A stretch of DNA of 64,000 nt from Octopus vulgaris (lineage: Eukaryota). Numbering within the stretch: position 1 is the stretch's first letter; every line of letters begins with the position of its first letter. Below, piece after piece: positions 55,948-64,000 of the stretch. A program made the translations under genes and the position numbers. Under the pieces are notes generated by a model. The model did not search any database and had not been told where the DNA came from. It saw only the letters and a program-made list of their open reading frames with translations. The stretch is from the NCBI GenBank assembly GCA_951406725.2, contig OX597815.1:14446001-14510000 (forward strand). Direction: 5' to 3'.

Positions 55948-57835
55948 TCTGTACCTGTTTTTGTTTTTGCTTTATTTTGTTTTTGTCTTTTTTTTTGTTA
56001 TGAAATAAGCTAGACAAAACGTGTTTTTGAATTACGTGTATTTATTTAATATGCATATATGGGTTGAAAACTTGGAAACTTATTAATGTAGAAAATTGGT
56101 ATCTCCGCCATTAGTAGTTGAGACCTGCGTAATCTACACGGCATTTTTAAATTTCATTATTCTCTTTAATCCGGGCAACACCGGATATTTCTGCTAGCAT
56201 AAATATAAATCTATATTTATAATATCAAAGTATGGGTTTAATTATAGAAAACCGTATGGGCCCTTAGTAGTAAATAAAAGTAGTAGCATGGGTTAAGGTT
56301 TAATGTGTAACTATAGTAGTCAGAAAGGAAAGTAAACACATCTATTTATCTATATTTGGAAAATACATATTTTTCCCATGTGTAGACAAGAATATGTCTC
56401 TGATCCCTGAGGTTAAGTAGAAGGAATTTTGCCGAGAGGATAAAAATGCTTCATTTAAGTAAAGGAAACATTTGTTATTATTAGCTTTATAGGAAGGTGC
56501 AGAAGCTATTACATCCTAATTTGTATAATTATTTGCATGCAATTTCTTCACAGATACTAACATGTATTTATTGTGTATAAGCGGGTAAATATATGTAGAT
56601 GTATGCACAAGATGTGATTATTGCTGCGTCCATTTATTCTTTACTATTTTATTTTTGTATATATTTTTATGTATTTCTATACGCATAAATATTTGAACGT
56701 ATTTATATTCATATATGCAATCAAATATATATATATTTACCTATAACTCTACTCATTTTATTTTTTTTTTCCTTACATATTTATACACCCTTATTACTTA
56801 AATTTTTATAAATATATTTACCCTAACAATAATATAATACTTAAATATAAGGTTAATTACTATATATTATTTCTATACTTTTTAATGATTACCCAGAATA
56901 TATTACTTAAATTTTTATAAATATATTTACCCTTATATTAATTTGATACTCAAATATACGGCTTATTACTATATATTACTTTTCTTTATACCTTTAATGT
57001 TTACCCAAAGTATATTATATTATTTTTTCATATTTACTTCTCTGAATATACTACCTTTCCCCTCTGTATAAGGTTTATACAAATTTTTTCTATAAAATAA
57101 TAGAAATAACCGAAATGCTCCATACATTTAATACATAAAAATATAAAAGATGTAATGGTATATCTTTTTCCTACGTCCAACGAGATTCAACTGTATAATG
57201 AATTAATTATTTTAATTAATTTTTGAAGTCTGAATTGAAACAACTGTCAGAGATTATGTCTATTTTTGAAATTAGTAAATATGATTACTAATTGATTTAT
57301 CTTTATTTTCATATTTTTCTTAAATAAATATAAACCTCGGATTATTTAATTAAAACTAATATTCAAAATATATACTACGTAAGAAACAAATAAATTCGTC
57401 GGAGTGGTAAGTAGCTTGCTTACCAACCACATGGTTCCGGATTCATTCCCACTGCGTGGTACATTGGGCAAGTGTCTTCTACTATAGCCTCGGGCCAACC
57501 AAAGACCTCTTCAGTTATTCGGCCATCGGAAAAATGCTATGAAAAATGACCCCGGAGTTTTATCATGGCTACCGAATAATTGTCACATATTAAATTTACA
57601 GATATATGTATATATATATATATGACGGGAAGCTTTATGAAAACAGACAAAAGACGAAGGCAGGTGGAATACAAACAAACAATTGTATTAGTATGGCGCT
57701 CAGGAAATATAAATAAAACAAGTCTTTAACGGTTCGAGCCTATGCTCTTCAACAGAAAGATACACAGAGAAAAAACACAGAAAGAAGGAGAGAAAAAAAT
57801 ATGCGTGCAGAAGCTAGCGAATCAATATATACATA

Positions 57836-57934
<99 letters not shown>

Positions 57935-58034
57935 TAAAAACGGTAAGATAACAAAAGAAAGAAAGAGACCTCAATATTATGTAAATAGAGGAAATTTATC
58001 TATAAAATAATATGTTACATTTACTCAATAGTCA

Positions 58035-58097
58035 AGATAAAACTCTGAGTTTCAGATGCTGAAGTGGAAATCCACAACACCATCTCTTCGGTTATCT
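58035..58097 (-). ncRNA. Type I hammerhead motif (CCGAAGA core variant)
   Basis: Minus strand agataa-CCGAAGA-GATG...CATCt-GAAA-CTC A GAG-TT-ttatct; 6 bp stem I; related fragments near 54055 and 57505 have canonical CTGAAGA. Confidence 0.7.
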
Positions 58098-58519
58098 GGC
58101 CATCTGAAAAACGCTATGAAAAAATACCGTTATATAAAGGGAAATTATATATATATGGAGATATGCTGCCTTTGCAATATCCTCTTATACACCTACCCTT
58201 TGATCTTCTGATGCCTCTCTCCCTTTGTGTTAGCTCAACTCTCAAAGAAAGATCACTTTTGTCCGTCACTCTACCCATGCATACAAGCAAAAAACAAGAT
58301 CATGAAACAAACACACCACACATTCTGAGTATCAAACTGTTTCAAAGTGGCAGCCGTGATTGATAGATTTCGTCACCTAGAGTCTTGAAGTACTAAAGTT
58401 TAATTGTATGTCAAGTTTTATATCTCTTTCTATTCATTTTGGAGCTGTAAAGATGGGATTGAATATAGAAATGTTCGTTGTTTCGTTAATGGCCAATATC
58501 AATAATATGAATTGAATAC

Positions 58520-58571
58520 GTGTATTCAGCGGTACAAGTTAATGAAACATTTCTTAAATTCAACGAATCTC
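58520..58571 (-). CDS. Candidate linking exon (G)DSLNLRNVSLTCTAEY(T)
   Basis: Phase 1 to 2 fits both neighbours, but splice sites are weak. Confidence 0.3.
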
Positions 58572-58619
58572 CTAACTACTGATATTGATGAGTTACTCCA
58601 CTGTTATATAGTACCTTCA

Positions 58620-59372
58620 TACGCATGGCTCAGTGGTTAGAGCGTCGGGCTCACAATCATGAGATAGTGAGTTCGATTCCGGAATTGTCTCGGATCTTTT
58701 CGGTTTGAACGGCAGTTTTTTCTAGCGGTGTCATATGAAATTGTCACCCATAATTATGACCCTAGTATCGATCTATTGCATTTCAATCTGTTTTAGGGTT
58801 AGGGGTGGTGGGAAGGGTATCATTTTTTCTTCACAAATGTAAATAAACCCAATCTGTTTCTTAAACGAGGGACATATTCATACGGCACAGAATGTTTTCA
58901 CCTCAATAGACGTCACTGATTGGTTGAAATTGCAGAAAGTGAAGAACAAAAAACAACAAACTTACAAACTATAGAATTTTCTCTATAAATCTAAGAGAAA
59001 AAGATGTTTTATAAACACATCCTACCAGTATACGAAGTTTAAAAGTGTTTAGTTACGTGGAAATTATTTTAAAAAACTGCCGTTCAAACTGAAAAGATCC
59101 CTTGTCTCTGTGTTGTATTCTTGAGCAAGACATTTTATTTCACGTTGCTCCAGTTCACTCAGCTGTAGAAATAAGTTGCGACGTCACTGACGCCAAGCTG
59201 TTTCGGCCTTTGCCTTTCCCTTGGATAACATCGGTGGCGTGAAGAGAGGAGGCTGGTACGCAATGGTTACTGCTTGCCTTTCACAATCAACCTTGTCTAG
59301 ACTTGTGTCTTGGAGGGGAACTTTTCTGTGTGCATCCCAAGGTCATTCTTGACCGAAGGAGATCTTTACCCC
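58620..59372 (+). mobile_element. tRNA-derived SINE interrupted by a MITE
   Basis: TGGCTCAGTGGTTAGAGC...GAGTTCGATTCC head; resumes after 59100 with TTCTTGAGCAAGAC. Confidence 0.75.
58692..59100. mobile_element. MITE with ~30 bp TIRs and 7-8 bp target duplication
   Basis: GGATCTTTTCGGTTTGAACGGCAG / CTGCCGTTCAAACTGAAAAGATCC; TTGTCTC on both flanks; related fragment from 44859. Confidence 0.85.
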
Positions 59373-59529
59373 TTTACATACAGCTAGATTATTTGAGTTT
59401 TCGGGAGTTGATTCCAGTTATCGTGACTACAGTTCTGCACAACACTAGTTCCCCAACAACAGACAGCTAAACATTTGGTTTACTGTAATACAACCCTATC
59501 GACACACGTCCGCCGATCGCAGTAAAGTT

Positions 59530-59599
59530 ACCACTACTACTACAACTACCACCACCACCACCGTCTACGCAACCGCCACCGTCACAATCACCACCAAAG

Positions 59600-59657
<58 letters not shown>

Positions 59658-60890
59658 CACCACCGTCTACGCCACCACCGCCATCACAACCACCACCAAA
59701 GCTACTACCACTACAACTGCCACCATTACCACCGTCTACGCCACCGTCACAACCACCACCAAAGCTACTACTACTGAGACCCATATTGGAGTACGGGATT
59801 CAAGCCTCTTCTCCTTATCTCCTCAAAGACATACATCATCTCGAAAGAGTCCAGAAGTTGGCTACCCGCATGGTTCTTGGTCTCAAGAAGTTGTCTTATG
59901 AAGAAAGGCTGAAGACGCTCGACCTTTATTCTCTAGAAAAACGACGACGCCGTGATGATCTCATTCTTGCTCACAACATCATAAGCGGAAAGTGTCACCT
60001 CTCGAAAGAGCTGTTCTTCACTCCTACTCCAGAGCCTCGGCTGCGGGGTCATTCCGAAAAGCTCTATCTGCGACGATTTCATCTCAATCGAAGGAGAGGG
60101 GCTTTCTCCGTCCGGGTTGCGGATCCGTGGAATAAGCTGCCGGACGAGATGGTGAAGATGCCGACGACCGCTCGGTTCAAAGTCTCCCTTGACGACAAGT
60201 GGCCTGAACTCTTTACATGAACGCCACCCTGTATATAACTCCATGTCCCCCCTACATGGCCTGGCTTTTTGCTTTTTGAGCCAAAAAATTAACTAACTAC
60301 CACCACTGTCTACGCCACCGCCACCGTCACAACCACCACCAAAGCTACTACTACAACTACCACCACCACCACTGTCTACGCCGCCGTCACAACCACCACC
60401 AAAGCTGCTACTACTACTACCACCATCTACGCCACCGCCGCCGTCACAACCACCACCAAAGCTACTACTACTACTACAACTACAACTACCACCACCACCA
60501 CTGTCTATGCCACCACCGCCGTCACAACCACCACCAAAGCTACTACTACTACCACTATTACTACTACTACTACTACTACTACTACCACTATTACTACTAC
60601 TACTACTACTACTACCACTATTACTACTACTACTACTACCACTATTACTACTACTACAACTACCACCACCACCACCACCGTCTACGCCACCGCTACCGTC
60701 ACAACAACCACGAAAGCTACTACTACTACTACTACTACAACTACCACCACCACCACCGTCTACGCTGCCGTCACAACCAACCACGAAAGCTACTACTACC
60801 ACTACTACTACAACTACCACCACCACCACCGTCTACGCTACCGTCACAACCACCACCAAAGCTACTACTACTACTACTACTACTACTGTG
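59530..60890. repeat. GC-rich minisatellite (CCA/CTA-rich unit) split by a LINE
   Basis: Unit ccgtctacgccaccgccgtcacaaccaccaccaaagctactacta recurs on both sides of the insertion. Confidence 0.9.
59775..60298 (+). mobile_element. 5'-truncated young CR1-type LINE
   Basis: Open 144 aa C-terminal RT frame (EYGIQASSPYLLKDIHHLERVQKLATRM...), 3' UTR and AACT tail. Confidence 0.92.
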
Positions 60891-60922
60891 ACCACCACCA
60901 TCACACCCACCGACATTCTCAC

Positions 60923-61052
60923 CTATGTAAACAGAAAGAAAAAAAATATCCTTAAACGTGGCAGTTTTAAATGAACAACGACACGAATCTTCCGACTGAG
61001 ATAGACAGACATCAAATAAACTGACTGCAGCATTTGAGTTTATAAACAGCTC
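60923..61052 (-). CDS. Putative exon ELFINSNAAVSLFDVCLSQSEDSCRCSFKTATFKDIFFLSVYI
   Basis: ttgatag acceptor, AG|GTGAGA donor, 43 open codons, phase 0 to 1; unique island between repeats. Confidence 0.6.
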
Positions 61053-61237
61053 CTATCAATACAAAAGCCATCGCCACCAGAGACACCGGCACCACCACCA
61101 CCACCACCACCACCGCCACTAGTATCACTCCCAACAAGAACAACAAATGATGACTGCAACAACAACACCAACAACAACAACAATATTGTATCACCGATAT
61201 CTACAGCAACGACTTTCCTTTCTAGCTTATTATCAAC

Positions 61238-61312
61238 CTTTAACAGAAATTGAACGTATTTGACAATTTCGTCAAAAACAGGAAATTGCAACTGTTTTCT
61301 TAAAAGACTCGC
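61238..61312 (-). CDS. Putative exon ASLLRKQLQFPVFDEIVKYVQFLLK
   Basis: attatag acceptor, AAG|GTTGAT donor, phase 0 to 0. Confidence 0.55.
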
Positions 61313-61399
61313 CTATAATGCCAAAAGCCAAAACAACAACAACAAACAAACACTGTTGCTACTACTATTACTGCTAGTACCACTACTTGCAATACTGCT

Positions 61400-62640
61400 G
61401 GTTTCTAATTTAGGCACTAGGCCAGTAAGTTTTGTGGGAGTGAGGTTTAGTCGATAGCATCGACCCTGATACATTTAACTGTTGGTTTTATTTGTTTTTA
61501 TTTTATCGACCATGGAGAGACAGGCAAAGTTGGCCTTGGTGGTTTTCGAACTCAGAACGTAAAGAGCGGCAAGAAAAACCACGAAGCAATTTGTTCGACG
61601 CTCTAGCAACTCCGCTAGCTTATCTTCTTATCAATCCCTTCTAATTTTGGCACAATTGCAGCAATTTTAAAAGGAGGACGAGGAAGGTTATATCGCCTCT
61701 TGTGCTCAGCTGATGCTTATTTTATCGATACCGAAAGAATGAAAGACAAAGTTGACCTGAGCGGAATTCGAACTCAGAATGTAAAGAGTTGGAAGAAATG
61801 CCGTTAAGCGTTTTGCCCGGTGCAGTAACAAACTGCCAGCCTTTATAATTCTTTCTAACATAGGCGGTACAAAAACTGGAAATTTGGGATGAGAGGCTAG
61901 TTGCTCTCCCAGTGCTCAATTGGTACTTGCTTTATCGACCTCGAAAGGATAAAAGGTAAAGTCAACCTTTGTGGAATTTGAACTCAAAATGTAATGCCGT
62001 ACGAAATGCCTATTTCTCTACTACCCACAAGGGGCTAAACACAGAGGGGACAAACAAGGAAAGACAAACAGATTAAGTCGATTACATCGACCCCAGTGCG
62101 TAACTGGTACTTATTCAATCGACCCCGAAAGGATGAAAGGCAAAGTCGACCTCAGCGGAATTTGAACTCAGAACGTAGCGGCAGACGAAATACCGCTAAG
62201 CATTTCGCCCGGCGTGCTAACGTTTCTGCCAGCTCGCCGCCTTACAAAATACCGCTAAGCATTTTGTTCGACGCTCTGAAAGCTATGCTAGCTCGCCGTC
62301 TTAATAATAACGGTATTGATTTCTAATATAGGCACAAGGCCAGCAGTTTTAGGGGAGAAGATTTTAGTCGCTAGCAGTCTAGTACTTTATTTTATCAACC
62401 CCAAAGGAACGAAAGGCAAAGTGTAACTCGACAGGATTTGAACTCAGAACATAAAGAACCGTAACAAATACTGCAAAGCATTTTATCCGGCTCTCTGTTC
62501 TGTGATTTAGGAGCAAGACCAGCAATTCCGATGGGGGTGAGTTAGCCGATGCCATCGACCTCAGTACGTGAGTAGTTACTTTATTTTATCGACTCTTATA
62601 TGGTGAAAGACGAAGCTGAAGGGATTTGAACTGAAAACGA
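61400..62640 (-). mobile_element. Head-to-tail array of SINE family C-related units, with a young copy at 62011-62243
   Basis: tttctaat..ggcacaaggcc, tttatcgacc and tttgaactcagaac motifs recur every ~200-250 bp. Confidence 0.8.
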
Positions 62641-62725
62641 TAAAAGAGGGTCGGCAGTTATGGTTCGGATGGTAGGGGTTCTGGTTATGGTGGCTATGGT
62701 GGTGCTGGCGGTATTTGAACTCAAA

Positions 62726-62957
62726 GGCGGCGAGCTGGCAGAAACGTTAGCACGCCGGGCGAAATGCTTAGCGCTATTTCGTCTGCCGTTACGTTCTGAG
62801 TTCAAATTCCACCGAGGTCGACTTTGCCTTTCATCCTTTCGGGGTCGATAAATTAAGTACCAGTTACGCACTGGGGATCGATGTAATCGACTTAATACCT
62901 ACGTCTGTCCTTGTTTGTCCCCTCTATGTTAAGCCCCTTGTGGGTAATAAAGAAATA
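62726..62957 (+). mobile_element. SINE family C with target-site duplication
   Basis: GGTATTTGAACTCAAA at 62710-62725 and 62958-62973. Confidence 0.92.
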
Positions 62958-63303
62958 GGTATTTGAACTCAAATCAACTGACATGTAAATCTACCAATGG
63001 GAGACATACAACCCATCCTATTTGCTTCCACACGGTTTCCGTCGTCTCATTTGCACTCACGATGATAGGGTTTACCCACACATATGATAAAAAGAAATTG
63101 AGCAAAGTACGGCGATGCGATATCGAATGTGAACCTCACCATTGCGAAGCTAGGCACAGAGCTATATTTGCATCTAATATTTTGCGACTGATGAGTCAAT
63201 AGAAACAGCTATTGGAATAACTAAATAGACTGTAGTTGCTAATTTTACCAATTTATCAGTTTCTTATAGTCAACTCCTATTAGTGGGGCTTTGCGTGTGT
63301 GTA

Positions 63304-63408
<105 letters not shown>

Positions 63409-63860
63409 TCAATGAAATCGACTGCCCACTTTCCTAAATTGGACATTTGTTGAAGTGAGAAACTGTTCTTTCTTTCAACGTTATCATTGGCGGTGGCGTC
63501 GTTATCACCATCATCATCATCATCACTATCATCATCATCATCACCATCATCATCATCAACAACAACAGCAACATCCTACTCAGAGAGCACAAATATCAAA
63601 ACATTTATATAAGAATGTAATTATCGCAAGCGAGAAAAAAAAAAAAAAGAGATTTTCCATAATTAATTATAATTAAATTAATATAAATTTCGGTTTGCAA
63701 TTTTCTTTGCGGTTTTTCTACTTAATCATTCAATTCTGTTGCTAAACCAATTTCTGCAATTTTCTCTCTTTCATTCCCTACCCACTCCAATTTCTTCCAA
63801 CTCTGTAATTTCTGCAACAAGCCTCATTAAAGGTTAAACGCCGGCTAACAGGAATCTTAC

Positions 63861-63945
63861 GTTGATAATAAAAAGGTAGATTGTCGTTATCTCAAACATA
63901 ACAGCCAGCCAACCACAGTAGCGATTAGACGAAAAATATATATCA
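63861..63945 (-). CDS. Putative exon DIYFSSNRYCGWLAVMFEITTIYLFIIN (may contain the start Met)
   Basis: Strong GTAAGA donor in phase 0; the acceptor is weak, so this may be a first exon starting at MFEIT. Confidence 0.45.
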
Positions 63946-64000
63946 CTGGTCCATTAATGGTTTTGGCTTGAGCAAGCAAATATGGGAAGCAACTTCGAAA

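Larger units (their letters stand above)
50888..57930. repeat. Tandem segmental duplication (50888-54460 and 54465-57930)
   Basis: Identical ORFs offset by 3577 bp (51128/54705, 52032/55609); junction at a (TA)n tract. Confidence 0.95.

Noticed and set aside
58622-58685. tRNA-like sequence (also the heads at 2205, 31628, 32285)
   Set aside because: SINE heads lacking an acceptor stem and running into SINE bodies; not tRNA genes.
59530-60890. CRISPR-like or mucin-like repeat
   Set aside because: Eukaryotic context, no unique spacers, variable triplet runs and a LINE insertion; a minisatellite.
63185-63215. CTGATGAG-TCAATA-GAAACAGCT hammerhead-like string
   Set aside because: No stem II or stem I pairing and no GUH site; at most a relic.

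Overview
AT-rich, repeat-dense eukaryotic DNA. The SINE families and the very high microsatellite load point to a coleoid cephalopod, most likely Octopus (inferred from recognised repeats, not from a search). Almost all ORFs in the supplied track are artefacts of microsatellites or SINEs. The real content is: (1) at least three abundant tRNA-derived SINE families; (2) dead DNA transposons (a full-length mariner, a deleted Tc1-like copy, MITEs) and non-autonomous Helitrons; (3) CR1, RTE and R4/Dong LINE fragments; (4) a ~3.6 kb tandem duplication; (5) a hand-assembled minus-strand gene of about 11 small phase-compatible exons (63945 to 41407) that the ORF track misses and whose protein I cannot assign to a family; (6) several unrelated AT-rich fold-back elements next to (TA)n tracts that carry type I hammerhead ribozyme motifs, typical of Penelope-like retroelements. 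All alignments, folds and splice models were made by eye, and repeat coordinates are approximate.
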